DNA of 64,000 bases from Thermodesulfovibrionia bacterium (GTDB taxonomy: Bacteria; Nitrospirota; Thermodesulfovibrionia; UBA6902), in contig CAVOUK010000002.1 of the NCBI GenBank assembly GCA_963699585.1, positions 72,811 through 136,810 on the forward strand, read 5' to 3'. Under the pieces are notes generated by a model that saw only the letters and a program-made list of their open reading frames with translations, ran no database searches and was not told where the DNA came from. Shown here piece after piece: positions 1 to 10,890 of this stretch. Numbering within the stretch: position 1 is the first letter of the stretch; each line of letters opens with the position of its first letter. The position numbers were made by a program, and so were the translations under genes.

Positions 1-2
1 TT

Positions 3-1550
3 TCTACTATTAATAAAAATAATGACAATATACCGGTCCAGGAAATGATGCAGGCCGTCGTAAAGGAACATGCTGACTTATATGTTGAGAACACAGCAAT
101 AGAAAAACCTGTTATTGGTAATGAAGATACTTTCAGTGCACCCGCAGAAACAGAAAACGGAGACACTACAGTTAAAGAAGAAGACCTTCTTGATACCGCT
201 CTGGAATCTTGCAATACAGCCCAGGAACTCTGGTCCCAGAACAATCCTGAGAAGGCAATAGATGCATTGGATGAAGCTTACCAGCTTCTCCTGAAAGTTG
301 ATACTGAAAGCCATCCTGAGCTTGTCCGGCAAACAGAGGACCTAAGATTTATGATCTCTAAACGTATTTTGGAGATATATACCTCCCGTTTTACTACTGT
401 CAATGGCAGCAACAAAGAGATTCCCCTCACAATGAATGCAAATGTGGAAAGGGAGATCAAGTCCTTTCAGGGTTATGAGCGCGAATTTTTTACAGAAGGG
501 GTTAAACGTTCAGGCAAATACAGGGAAGCAATGGTTAAGGCGCTGAAAGAGGCTGGAATGCCTGAAGAACTTTCATGGCTTCCGCTTGTCGAAAGCTGGT
601 TTAAGGTAAATGCATTATCTCCGGCCCGTGCCCTGGGACTCTGGCAGTTCATTCCTTCCACAGGTTACAGATTCGGGCTAAAGAGAGACACCTGGATAGA
701 TGAGAGATTAAGCCCTGAGAAAGCAACCAAAGCCGCTATTGCATATCTGAAAGAATTGCATCGGATGTTCGGCGACTGGACCACCGTACTTGCAGCTTAC
801 AACTGCGGGGAAGGAAACGTCCTGAGAGTAATCAGGCAGCAAAAAATTAATTACCTTGATAATTTTTGGGATCTTTATGGGAGACTTCCAAATGAAACCG
901 CGCGATATGTCCCGAGGTTCCTGGCCACATTGCATATTATGCAAGATCCTGCAAAATACGGTTTCACTTTTGAACAATTAGATAGTCCTCCCCTTTATGA
1001 AAGCATTAACATCGAAAAACAGGTCCAGCTAAAGACACTTGCAGATTATATGGACGTAACTTTTGAGGAATTTTCTGCTTTAAATCCCGAGCTCCGCAGG
1101 CAAGCAACCCCGCCTGTCAACTATTCCCTGAATGTACCGGTTGGAACGGGTAATATTCTGCTTTCAAAACTCGAAACCCTGCCATCATGGACTCCACAGA
1201 ATAATGAGTATAACGATTATACTTTTTACACCATAAAAAGAGGCGATACGCTGTCACGTATAGCAGCAAAATACCGGACAAACGTTGACACAATTATCAA
1301 GGCCAACAAAATCAGCAGGAGAAGCAGCCTGGATATAGGACAAAAACTTAGGGTACCTCTCGGCCGGGGCAGTGATATGCTTTCATTTAATGATGATGCT
1401 GTTTCCGGTAAAAAATATCGGGCCAGGAAAGGCGAAACCTTGAAGACTATTGCAAAAAAATTCAATACGAATACGGCACAACTTAAAAAGATCAATAACC
1501 TGACGTCGTCCCTTCTTTATGAAGGTCAGATCCTGAAGGTAACCAAGTAG
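3..1550 (+). CDS. MltD-like membrane-bound lytic murein transglycosylase (SLT domain + 2 LysM repeats); possibly 5'-partial at window edge
   Basis: ORF 45..1550; SLT catalytic-region motif ESWFKVNALSPARALGLWQFIPSTG; two C-terminal LysM-like repeats (YTIKRGDTLSRIAAKY.., YRARKGETLKTIAKKF..); no stop codon between nt 3 and the first ATG, and no signal peptide after that ATG. Confidence 0.85.
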   Translation, partial: STINKNNDNIPVQEMMQAVVKEHADLYVENTAIEKPVIGNEDTFSAPAETENGDTTVKEEDLLDTALESCNTAQELWSQNNPEKAIDALDEAYQLLLKVDTESHPELVRQTEDLRFMISKRILEIYTSRFTTVNGSNKEIPLTMNANVEREIKSFQGYEREFFTEGVKRSGKYREAMVKALKEAGMPEELSWLPLVESWFKVNALSPARALGLWQFIPSTGYRFGLKRDTWIDERLSPEKATKAAIAYLKELHRMFGDWTTVLAAYNCGEGNVLRVIRQQKINYLDNFWDLYGRLPNETARYVPRFLATLHIMQDPAKYGFTFEQLDSPPLYESINIEKQVQLKTLADYMDVTFEEFSALNPELRRQATPPVNYSLNVPVGTGNILLSKLETLPSWTPQNNEYNDYTFYTIKRGDTLSRIAAKYRTNVDTIIKANKISRRSSLDIGQKLRVPLGRGSDMLSFNDDAVSGKKYRARKGETLKTIAKKFNTNTAQLKKINNLTSSLLYEGQILKVTK

Positions 1551-2675
1551 TTATTTCCTGAGCGCATTGAAAACAACACCTGCGATAAATTCTGCCTTTT
1601 CCGTTTCAAGTTCAGGATAGATCGGGATTGACATAACTTCATTTGCAGCGGACTCGCTCTCCGGCAAAGCGCCCTGCTTGTAACCGAGGTAGCTAAAAGC
1701 CTCCTGAATATGAAGAGGCACCGGATAATATACCACTGAAGATATACCGTTATCCTTTAGAATAGCTGCAACCTTTTCTCTCATTTGTGTTCTTATGGTA
1801 TATTGATGGTAAACATGTGTCCTGTCCTTAAGCTCTACAGGGCATTGTACATTTCCGCCAAGAATTGAAGTGTAGATTTTTGCAAGTGCACGGCGTTTCT
1901 GATTATATTCGTCAATGTGTCTTAATTTAATTCTCAGGATCGCGGCCTGAATCTCATCAAGCCTGCTGTTATAACCGATGAAACGATGCCGATACGGTGC
2001 AACAGTCCCATGATTGCGGAGAAGATTAACATTTTCATATATATCGTAATGGTCCGTTATCATCATGCCTCCGTCACCATAAGCGCCGAGGTTCTTGCTC
2101 GGATAAAAACTGAAACAGCCGGCATCACCGATGCCGCCGACCGGCCTGTCCTTATATCTGGCCCCGAACGCCTGCGCACAGTCTTCGATAATTTTCAGAT
2201 TATATTTTTTGGCAAGCGCTGAAATTTCATCCATATCCGCAGGCTGACCGAACAAATGCACAACTATGATAGCTTTGGTTTTTTGTGTTATTCTCTCCTC
2301 TATTTTCGAGACGTCCATGTTTAATGTAAGTCTGTCAATATCAACAAAGACAGGGGTTGCACCAACATATGTTATTGCCTCAGCGGTTGCGATAAAAGTA
2401 AAGGGGGTGGTAATTACCTCATCTCCCTGTTTAATATTAAGGGCCTTAAGGCAAAGGTAGAGGGCATCAGTTCCGGAAGCGAGTCCGACAGCATGTTTGA
2501 TATGATAATATGACGCTATTTCCTCTTCAAAGGCCCTGACATTCGGCCCCAATATAAATTGACCGCTGTCCAATATATCCTTTAATGCCTGCTTTATTTC
2601 TTCCTTGATCGGTTCATGCTGCGCTTTAACATCGAGCATGGGGATAACAGCTTTTTTTTGTGTTGTGTTTATCAT
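1551..2675 (-). CDS. DegT/DnrJ/EryC1/StrS-family PLP-dependent sugar aminotransferase
   Basis: 374 aa; N-terminal region ..QHEPIKEEIKQALKDILDSGQFILGPNVRAFEEEIASYY.. and overall length typical of the family. Confidence 0.85.
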   Translation of the reverse strand: MINTTQKKAVIPMLDVKAQHEPIKEEIKQALKDILDSGQFILGPNVRAFEEEIASYYHIKHAVGLASGTDALYLCLKALNIKQGDEVITTPFTFIATAEAITYVGATPVFVDIDRLTLNMDVSKIEERITQKTKAIIVVHLFGQPADMDEISALAKKYNLKIIEDCAQAFGARYKDRPVGGIGDAGCFSFYPSKNLGAYGDGGMMITDHYDIYENVNLLRNHGTVAPYRHRFIGYNSRLDEIQAAILRIKLRHIDEYNQKRRALAKIYTSILGGNVQCPVELKDRTHVYHQYTIRTQMREKVAAILKDNGISSVVYYPVPLHIQEAFSYLGYKQGALPESESAANEVMSIPIYPELETEKAEFIAGVVFNALRK

Positions 2676-2691
2676 CTTTTCCTTTATTTCT

Positions 2692-3618
2692 TTATAACGT
2701 CAGGCCGTGGTTGACCAAACTGGAAATTTTCAATGCTACATTGAGTGCTTCCATGCCTTCACGTCCTGAGACTAACGGTTTTCTTCCGCTCTTAACGCAC
2801 TCTATAAATGAGATTAACTGCTCTTTCAACGGTTCTTTAACCTCAGGTCTTCTAATCAACTTTTCTACGTTGCTATTCAGTTTTGTATAACTGACCAATT
2901 CCTGTTTCTGATAATCCAGATTCAGGAATGAATTATGCTGAAAGACCTTAAGCTGCCTGACCTTCTCATTTGCTATCCTGCTTGTCACGGCTTCGGCAAT
3001 GCAGCCATTTCTGAATTCAATCCATGCGTGGGCAATGTCTATATTTTCAGTCAAAACCCTGGCCCCTGTAGCACGGATATCTGTGATCTCGGAATTAACC
3101 AAACTGAGTATTATATCTATGTCATGTATCATTAAGTCAAGTGTTACGTCCACATCTGTCCCCCTGCCGAGAAAAGGGGAAAGACGCTGTGATTCAATAA
3201 ACCTGGGTTTATCCACCATGGCGCTTATCATGGCAACCCCTGCATTAAACCTCTCCAGGTGACCTACCTGCAGTATAAGTTTTCTTTTTTCCGCCTCTGC
3301 AATAAGGACTTCAGCCTCCTCAAGAGTTGAAGTAATAGGTTTCTCAATAAGTATGCTTTTATTATGCTTCAGGAAATCAATTGCAACATCGAAATGAAAT
3401 GTGGTCGGAACAGCGATGCTGACAGCATCGACAGAATCAATGATTTTCATGTAGTCATAAAATGCCCTGCAATTATATTTCTGTGCAAATTCCTCCGCCC
3501 TCGGAAAATCTGCATCAACAATTCCGACAAGTTTTACACCTTCAAGGCTTGAAAATATCCTTGCATGATGCTTCCCGATCGATCCAACCCCTATGACGCC
3601 AACGTTAATCATATTCAT
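2692..3618 (-). CDS. Gfo/Idh/MocA-family NAD(P)-dependent oxidoreductase, probable sugar-nucleotide dehydrogenase partner of the aminotransferase
   Basis: N-terminal Rossmann motif VGVIGVGSIGKHH; same strand and 17 nt upstream of the DegT-family gene (GnnA/GnnB- or WbpB/WbpE-like pairing). Confidence 0.8.
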   Translation of the reverse strand: MNMINVGVIGVGSIGKHHARIFSSLEGVKLVGIVDADFPRAEEFAQKYNCRAFYDYMKIIDSVDAVSIAVPTTFHFDVAIDFLKHNKSILIEKPITSTLEEAEVLIAEAEKRKLILQVGHLERFNAGVAMISAMVDKPRFIESQRLSPFLGRGTDVDVTLDLMIHDIDIILSLVNSEITDIRATGARVLTENIDIAHAWIEFRNGCIAEAVTSRIANEKVRQLKVFQHNSFLNLDYQKQELVSYTKLNSNVEKLIRRPEVKEPLKEQLISFIECVKSGRKPLVSGREGMEALNVALKISSLVNHGLTL

Positions 3619-3682
3619 TTTTCAATGTTAATTGTAACTTACTGAAATTCAAATATGAAAGAGGAAAAGTTAGAATCAGCTT

Positions 3683-6167
3683 TTATGTGACCCTGAACCT
3701 TTTCAACCTCAATGCATTTGTCACTACAGTAACGGACGAAAGACCCATTGCTGCAGCAGCAAGCATCGGGTTCATTAGTATTCCAAAGAAAGGGAAAAGC
3801 GCTCCCGCTGCGACCGGAATGAGAATGATATTGTAAGCAAAGGCCCAGAAAAGATTCTGCTTAATATTCCTGACCGTAGCCCTGGAAAGCGCTATTGATG
3901 CAACAACCCCCCTGAGATCGCCGCCGATCAGAGTTATGTCCGAAGCCTCCAATGCAACATCGGTTCCTGTACCGATCGCGATGCCGACATCGGCCTGCGC
4001 AAGGGCAGGCGCATCATTGATGCCGTCACCGACCATGGCAACTATCTTCCCTTCTCCCTGAAGTTCCTGAATTTTCTTTGCCTTGTCCTCAGGCAAAACC
4101 TCGGCAAACACCCTGTCTATCCCGGCCTGTCGTGCTATTGCATCGGCAGTTCTTCTGTTATCTCCTGTTATCATCACTACTTCTATACCGATTTTGCGCA
4201 GTGATTTGAGCGCATCAGCAGAATTCTCCTTTATTGTATCTGCTACGGCAATTATACCTATAATATTTCCGTCCGATGCCACAAACATTGGCGTCTTTCC
4301 TTCAGCGGATAATTGTTCGACTTTTATTGCAAGCTTGCCGATATTTATGCTTTCATCTTCCATAAAATTCGCATTACCGAGCCGGACATTCCTTCCATCG
4401 ATTCTCGCCTTTATGCCATGACCGGGCACAGCCTGAAAATCCTCCGGGTCTTTCAGGCCTGTTCCCATTTCCTTTGCTTTATTCACAATGGCCTCCCCGA
4501 GGGGGTGTTCGGAACCTTTTTCTGCAGATGCGGCAAGATGCAGCACATCTTCTTCAGCTGACCGCTGATCGCTGGCTGCCGACTGCTATTATATCTGTTA
4601 CTTCGGGCTGCCCTTTTGTCAGGGTTCCTGTCTTGTCAAATACAACAGTATTTATTTTATGCGCTGTCTCAAGCGCCTCTCCGCTTCGTATAAGGATCCC
4701 GTTCTCAGCCCCCTTCCCGGTCCCCACCATGATCGATGTCGGCGTTGCAAGCCCCAGTGCACACGGACATGCAATAATAAGCACTGCAATAAAATTAAGC
4801 ATTGCATAAGTAAAGGACGGCACCGGGCCGAAATAGTACCATATTACAAAGGTAAACGCTGCAATTCCGATAACAGCAGGGACGAAGATCGAAGCTATTT
4901 TGTCAGCAAGCCTTGCTATCGGGGGTTTTGAACCCTGCGCCTCCTGGACCATGTTGATGATCTGCGACAGCATTGTATCTTTCCCTATCCTGGCAGCCTC
5001 GAATCTGAATGATCCGGTTTTATTGATCGTGGAGCCTACAACTTCATCTCCGGCTTTTTTCTCAACAGGTATCGATTCACCCGATATCATGGATTCATCT
5101 ACTAATGAATAACCATCTTTAACAACACCGTCAACAGGGATCTTCTCGCCAGGCCTGACAATAACAATATCTCCAATTTCCAGCTCTTCAATAAGGATAT
5201 CCCTTTCCGTTCCTGCCCTGACAACCCTTGCTGTTTTAGCTTGAAGTCCCATGAGTTTTTTGATGGCCTCAGATGTCTTTCCTTTGGCCCGTGCCTCGAA
5301 AAACCTTCCGAGCAGGATCAGGACGATGATGGTCGCTGCTGTATCAAAATAGACATTTGCTGAATATCCCTTTATTTCAAAAACAGACGGGAAGAACGTT
5401 GCTATGACGCTGTAAATATAGGCAGCAGAGGTCCCGACAGCAATCAGGGTATTCATATTTGTAGTCCTGTGCCGGGCAGCGGCAATTGCGCCTTTATAAA
5501 ACTGCCACCCAACCCAGAACTGGACCGGGCTTTGAATAATGAATTGTATCAGGAAATTTATCTGTTCCGGGATTTCAATAAACGAGGACAGGCCGGCCTT
5601 TTCCCATAGCATAAGCACAAATATTGAAATGGTAAGGGCAGCCCCCGCTATAAGCCTGAACTTCAGCCGGCTTAATTCTTTTTCTCTCTCCTGCCGCTCC
5701 TTTTCAACAATGTCCTCTCCTTTTTCTACCTCGACAATGTCGTAGCCTATATCTCTCAGCGCTTTTTTAAAATCTCCCATACCCGTCTGTGAGGGGATGT
5801 ACTCTACTGAAGCCTTTTCCGTTGCAAAATTGACCTCAGCCGACAAGACACCGTTCATGGAGGAAAGAGCTTTCTGGACTTTCTGCACGCATGAGGCACA
5901 TGTCATGCCTTTTACCGGTATGTTTGTTTTGGAAACAGAAACACCGTATCCCTGGTCTTTTATTATCTTTATAAATTCACTTACAGATGCTTCCGAGGGA
6001 TTGTAATGAATAGTGGCCCTTTCCGCAGCAAAATTGACAGCTGCATTATCAACTCCCTTAACTTGTGCAAGGGCATTCTGAATTCTTGAAGCACAGGACG
6101 CACAGGACATGCCTGTGATGGGCAGGTCTATTCTTTTTGATTCAGCAGATATCTCTCTTTCTCCCAT
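3683..6167 (-). CDS. copA: Copper-translocating P1B-type ATPase; reading frame broken once near nt 4555-4585
   Basis: Two N-terminal HMA domains ([22 protein letters not shown]), CPC motif ([11 protein letters not shown]), DKTGTLT; the downstream ORF continues with ..[14 protein letters not shown].., [16 protein letters not shown]. ORFs 4554..6167 and 3683..4546 are consecutive pieces; span is 2485 nt (3n+1). Confidence 0.9.
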
Positions 6168-6187
6168 AGTTCGTTATAATGAATTTA

Positions 6188-6406
6188 TTAATCCCTTAAC
6201 TTGTATCCCAGTTTGTCTATGCTGTCCCGTGTGATTCTGTCCAGCTCTTCTTTTGATATTTTCAAGTCGTCGAAATCTATGACTACCTTCCCCTCTTCCA
6301 CATTAATCGACTCGACCCCTTTCATATTTCCTATAAATCTTCGCAGGGCCAGGGAACAGTCATCACATACGTCTTTACTCATATTAAATGAAATCTTTTT
6401 CATCAA
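6188..6406 (-). CDS. Small HMA-like metal-binding/chaperone-like protein with atypical CDDCS motif
   Basis: 72 aa directly upstream of copA on the same strand; ..VCDDCSLALRRFIGNMKGVESINVEEGKVVIDFD.. resembles a ferredoxin-fold HMA domain but lacks the canonical MxCxxC. Confidence 0.5.
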   Translation of the reverse strand: MMKKISFNMSKDVCDDCSLALRRFIGNMKGVESINVEEGKVVIDFDDLKISKEELDRITRDSIDKLGYKLRD

Positions 6407-6663
6407 GCCGCACCTCCAGGTTCTATAAATGGCAGCCTTTTAAAAAAGTTGCTCTCATATCATACCTTCAACTCTCTCATAAAAGCCGCCGTCTCCTCAG
6501 TGTACTATTATAATACAATTGGGCCCATGTCAAGGTTTTGTATGGATTTAAGTTATAAGCTTTTGGCAATTAGTTATGACATTCTTTTCAGCTGATTGGA
6601 TATAATATAGTGATACAATTTCAGACAAAACTTGAATGTCTTATAAAGACATCTTAATTTTTC

Positions 6664-7182
6664 ATGATTACGCAAAAATCATACGAATACATAAACGACT
6701 TTTTGTATTTTGCATTCAGACCTGATGAAAACAGGGGCAAGGGGACATTCATTTACTGTTCTGGGGTTGAACTGTTCCGTTTCATGCCTATTACAAAAGG
6801 ACGGCATCGCCCGATGTCGAATCCGGTCATGAGGGGACTTCAACTCGTAAACTATGATGCACGGGCCATGGCGTTGTCAAAAGGGGCAACTCCCAAAGCG
6901 ATAAAAGGAGAGCAGTGCTCTGGAATCGTCCCGCCGGGTAACGGATGGTACAAAGAGATGTTGTTAATAGAAAACGCTCCGGATTCACTGCCTGACGAGA
7001 TAATCAGCCACTGCGTTATACACCTTCTGAAAAAAACTTTCAGGGCGATGGGTATGATGGAAATTGAACTGCCGGACAAACTTCTCAAGCCGGATGAGCT
7101 TCAGGTTTTTATTGAGGTCCTGTGCAGCAAATTGGGAGATAGCCCAAACAATTCACAAATCAATGGCAGGCGTAGAGAATAA
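6664..7182 (+). CDS. Hypothetical protein (172 aa), no recognisable domain
   Basis: Isolated plus-strand ORF between two minus-strand blocks; no motif recognised by eye. Confidence 0.4.
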   Translation: MITQKSYEYINDFLYFAFRPDENRGKGTFIYCSGVELFRFMPITKGRHRPMSNPVMRGLQLVNYDARAMALSKGATPKAIKGEQCSGIVPPGNGWYKEMLLIENAPDSLPDEIISHCVIHLLKKTFRAMGMMEIELPDKLLKPDELQVFIEVLCSKLGDSPNNSQINGRRRE

Positions 7183-7195
7183 ATGAAAGCATTAT

Positions 7196-7897
7196 TCATG
7201 GAGAATAAAACAGGTTCTTAAATACAGCGCGCAATATCCTGTAGCCAACTACTGAAATACCCCTCACATTCCCGGTAAACTTGGATTTACCGGTTCCCAT
7301 ACGGTAGCTTACAGGCACTTCCAGTATCTTGTACCTTCTTCTTACTGCCTTGCACTGCATTTCGATAGTCCAACCCAGATTATCATTCATGTCAAGTTCC
7401 AGCAGCTTATTAAACTTAATAGCTCTGAAAGGGCCCAAATCAGTATATTTAAAACCATATAATAACCTGATTAATGCAATTGCCAGAAGGTTACCGAAAC
7501 GCACCGGCAGACGCAGAGCGCCTTCTTCAACATTCCCCTTTACCCGTGAGCCAAGAACAAGATCATAATCTTCTTTAATTATAGGAGCAACAAGTTTGCC
7601 TATCTCATCCGGATGGTCACTGTAATTACCATCAACAAAGACCACGATATCCGGATTCTTTTTTTTCAGATATTCAATACCTCTGAGACATGGATATCCG
7701 TATCCCTTTTTTGATTCAAACAATAATGTTGAACCCTTCTCTTTTGCTATCTCAGATGTTCTGTCGGTACTCCCGTTGTCAATAACAACAACCTCATTCA
7801 CAATATCCTCAGGAATATCATTGAGAACAAGTGGCAGGGTTTTTTCTTCATTTAATACAGGGATTATGACTACTATATTTTTTCCGGGAAATTTCAA
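7196..7897 (-). CDS. Family 2 glycosyltransferase, DPM1/GtrB-like (polyprenyl-phosphate sugar synthase-like)
   Basis: VVIIPVLNEE..VVVIDNGSTDRT.. GT2 signature; 233 aa with no C-terminal TM region; apparent TTG start. Confidence 0.8.
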   Translation of the reverse strand: MKFPGKNIVVIIPVLNEEKTLPLVLNDIPEDIVNEVVVIDNGSTDRTSEIAKEKGSTLLFESKKGYGYPCLRGIEYLKKKNPDIVVFVDGNYSDHPDEIGKLVAPIIKEDYDLVLGSRVKGNVEEGALRLPVRFGNLLAIALIRLLYGFKYTDLGPFRAIKFNKLLELDMNDNLGWTIEMQCKAVRRRYKILEVPVSYRMGTGKSKFTGNVRGISVVGYRILRAVFKNLFYSP

Positions 7898-7901
7898 TCC
7901 A

Positions 7902-8045
7902 TTACTCCCAAAATTCTTTCCACCACTTTATCTGATTTTCCAGAAACAGCGCCCTTTCAGGAACTGAAAAATAAACCACTGCCATTACGAGTACAATTAG
8001 TATAAATAAAATAAAAATTATATTTTCTCTTTTTTCAGCCTTCAT
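7902..8045 (-). CDS. Candidate 47-aa single-TM small protein (below the ORF-track threshold)
   Basis: My translation: MKAEKRENIIFILFILIVLVMAVVYFSVPERALFLENQIKWWKEFWE; stop at 7902-7904 lies a few nt before the GT2 start, suggesting translational coupling. Confidence 0.35.
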   Translation of the reverse strand: MKAEKRENIIFILFILIVLVMAVVYFSVPERALFLENQIKWWKEFWE

Positions 8046-8098
8046 TTTTCATAAACCTGCCTTGCTGTTCAAGATAAGAACAGCTCAGACTCCGTCAA

Positions 8099-10189
8099 TC
8101 ATCTGTTAGGAACAGATGTGATAAACTTTGCTATCTTGTAGTTATCGTCAGTGTACACAATTTTATACTTCTCCTTAAGTGCTGCCATCCATCCGACGGC
8201 GGAGAAGATCTTTCTTTCATTTTCAATCCATTTATCCTCTTCAGAATTTATTCTGACTAATATATATGACACTTTATGTTCACTCAGTTTTTTCAGCCAT
8301 TGTTTATAGTCGTCAGATTTTATATAAACCATCTTATTGGAAAATGCACTATTCCACATAGGAGATAAAAACAGCGGTTCGTATGTATATGCAAATGTTT
8401 CCCCCTGTGAAATATTCCTGTTTATCCACGTCCAGTATCCGTAGTCCTGTCTCGCATGCAAATCTATATTAAACGGAGCATGCGCGGCAATCACTCGTTC
8501 AGCCGCCGGTAAATGCATGAACTTTTTGATCTGTTTAGGGGTAATGCATGGTGAATTTGAGATCAAAAAAGTATATCCGGCAAGAAGGATTGCAATAATC
8601 CTGAATATATCATTTCTTTCCTGAAAATAATCGAAAACAATTCCGAACGAGAGCGCACCAAGCCCGATAATGAAAATAACGTATCGCGGATTCCAGTTCC
8701 TTGGATACATAAGAAATGCAGATGCAATAATTATCAATAACAAAATGAACCTGTAGTGTCTTCTCATCAATGCGTAAACAAATGAAAACACAATGCTCGG
8801 AAGAAACAATATAAACCATATGGGGCCGAATCCGCCCAGCCTTGAATCATAGAGGTAATATTCTACTCTATCCAGCCATACATATAACGGCCTTGTGAAC
8901 GGATGCAATTTATTGATAATCTCAGGGGCCGGTTCTATTATCCCCTGATATAGTCCCTTAAAAATTGTATTATTAAAAATAGATATTTCCATGGGATAAA
9001 CAGGGTTGCCGTAAATTATCCAGTTCTTTATGTACCAGTAACCGCCCATAAAAAGGACCGGGATAAAAAAAAAGAAAATATAATGTTGAAACGTTTTTGT
9101 CGTAATTTTCTTCCATCTCAATACCCCTGACTCACAGGCATTAGATCGTCCAAGAAATTCCCGGATAATGACTACAGCCGACAATAGAGCAATAAATAAA
9201 GGCCCCGAGCCTTTTGAACCAAGCAAAATACCGGCCGTCAGTCCGGCCATAAGAGTCGTGATATTTCGTTTCTGAAAACAAGTCCCTCCCGCATCACCTT
9301 CATAGGGGCTGATTTCAAACCCGTCCTTACATGGCATATCAGACATCAGAAAGTTAACAGCTGCAAGAAACAGCACAGAAACAGCAACATCCACATAGTT
9401 CGTTGCAGATTGCAGTATGACTATCGGAGCAAAGAAAAACAAAAGAGATGAATATATTGCAGCTCTTTCTTTAATATTCAACTTGACAGCGATGCTGTAT
9501 ATTGCAAGAACTCCGGCTATTGTGAAGAGAAGCTGGCTGAGGTCCGTTACAATATCATTCTTAAGAAAAATAATGTTCCAGATGAAGAACAGCTCAATAT
9601 TCTTTGGAAAGATATTGATAAACTGCTCTATAAATGAGTTATTCGGGATATCCCCTATGGTGCCGCTCTGCATTATATAACCTGCGATCGGAAGGTGATA
9701 CCATAAAGCATCCCAGGTATAAGAAGGGAAAAGATATCCTAAAAATATTATCCAGCAGACTGATATAAAAAAAAGCATAAAAATGAAGAACAATATCAGA
9801 TCGTTCTTGATTGCTGTCCAAAACCAGGCAGCCTTGCCTGATATCTCCGTTAGAATATCTTTTAATACAAGCTGTCCACGGGATATTTTTTCACCTCCCC
9901 ACTTGCTAACGAGGGGCGAAGGGGAAGGATAATTGTCTTGCCGGTTGATATTGAATAGATGAAAACAACCAGACGATACAGAAACATTGAGCCAGAAAAG
10001 CTGCGCTGCATAAAGTTTCTTTAACACGACGCCCAGAAGCATCTCTGTCGCTATTATCTGCGTTAAGCCAAGAATAAATGTACTTATTAGCCTGTCAACA
10101 AAAGATAAGAGCTCTTTGTGTCTGAAAAGAAAAACATACCAGGAAGCAAATAAAAGAATATTTACTGTTATGTAGGCAATGATATTCAA
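8099..10189 (-). CDS. Polytopic membrane protein, GT-C (ArnT/PMT-like) glycosyltransferase candidate
   Basis: 696 aa with many hydrophobic segments; operon context with a lipid-sugar GT2 and a TPR protein; family not verifiable by eye. Confidence 0.5.
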   Translation of the reverse strand: MNIIAYITVNILLFASWYVFLFRHKELLSFVDRLISTFILGLTQIIATEMLLGVVLKKLYAAQLFWLNVSVSSGCFHLFNINRQDNYPSPSPLVSKWGGEKISRGQLVLKDILTEISGKAAWFWTAIKNDLILFFIFMLFFISVCWIIFLGYLFPSYTWDALWYHLPIAGYIMQSGTIGDIPNNSFIEQFINIFPKNIELFFIWNIIFLKNDIVTDLSQLLFTIAGVLAIYSIAVKLNIKERAAIYSSLLFFFAPIVILQSATNYVDVAVSVLFLAAVNFLMSDMPCKDGFEISPYEGDAGGTCFQKRNITTLMAGLTAGILLGSKGSGPLFIALLSAVVIIREFLGRSNACESGVLRWKKITTKTFQHYIFFFFIPVLFMGGYWYIKNWIIYGNPVYPMEISIFNNTIFKGLYQGIIEPAPEIINKLHPFTRPLYVWLDRVEYYLYDSRLGGFGPIWFILFLPSIVFSFVYALMRRHYRFILLLIIIASAFLMYPRNWNPRYVIFIIGLGALSFGIVFDYFQERNDIFRIIAILLAGYTFLISNSPCITPKQIKKFMHLPAAERVIAAHAPFNIDLHARQDYGYWTWINRNISQGETFAYTYEPLFLSPMWNSAFSNKMVYIKSDDYKQWLKKLSEHKVSYILVRINSEEDKWIENERKIFSAVGWMAALKEKYKIVYTDDNYKIAKFITSVPNR

Positions 10190-10804
10190 TTAATCAAAAC
10201 AGTTCCAGAATCTTCTGAAACTGCAATCTGTCATTTCATGATAATATTTGAACCGTTCCTCTGCTTTATCTTTCATTCCCATTTTTTCATAGGCGACGCC
10301 GATATCCCATAATGCAAAACGATGAGAAGGTTCTATCTCAAGCACTTTTTCATACTCCGACAGCGCCTTTTCATATTGTCCGCTATCCCGGTAAATATTA
10401 GCTAGCGAATGATGCATATGGACATTCTCAGGCAAAACTTCCAGGGCTTTCTTGCTACAGTAACAATGCATCTTCATACCGTTTCTGCTCGATATAAATA
10501 TTCCCCAGATCAAAATAGGCATAGGGATGGGCAGGGGAGATTTCCAGCAATTTTTTGTATACCTTCTCAGCCGGGTAAAATTCTTTCCTGCCCTTATATA
10601 TCAATCCAAGCTGATAAAAGGCATAAGCATCTCGCGGATTGGCTTCAGTTGCTTTAATAAACTCATTAATTGCTTTATCCTCTGATTTAACGGTTTGATA
10701 GAAGATCGCAAGGAGGGTGTGGATATTCTGTATTATATATAAAGATAATATACCTGAAAGGAAGACAGCAATAATGAGAGTAACAATTTTTTTTTATGCT
10801 TCAT
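10190..10804 (-). CDS. TPR-repeat protein with N-terminal TM anchor; two frame breaks
   Basis: ORF 10190..10522 has TPR-like ANIYRDSGQYEKALSEYEKVLEIEPSH. An upstream frame reads ..IVTLIIAVFLSGILSLY..AYAFYQLGLIYKGRKEFYPAEKVYKKLLEISPAHPYAYFDLGNIYIEQKRYEDAL. The ATG at 10804 is out of frame across an A9 run. Confidence 0.6.
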
Positions 10805-10890
10805 TATTCAGGATTCCTGTTCTCACAGAAATGTGTGTCAACTCATTGTTGCTTATGTGTATTTAGCAAAGCAAAATGCAATATCTCTGA

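Noticed and set aside
4546-4590. copA break as programmed ribosomal frameshifting, or as an in-frame UGA read as selenocysteine
   Set aside because: The known copA frameshift (E. coli CopA(Z)) occurs after the first metal-binding domain, not in the nucleotide-binding domain. Here the downstream homology resumes in a different frame, not after the TGA in the same frame. The pattern matches the window-wide +1 indels.
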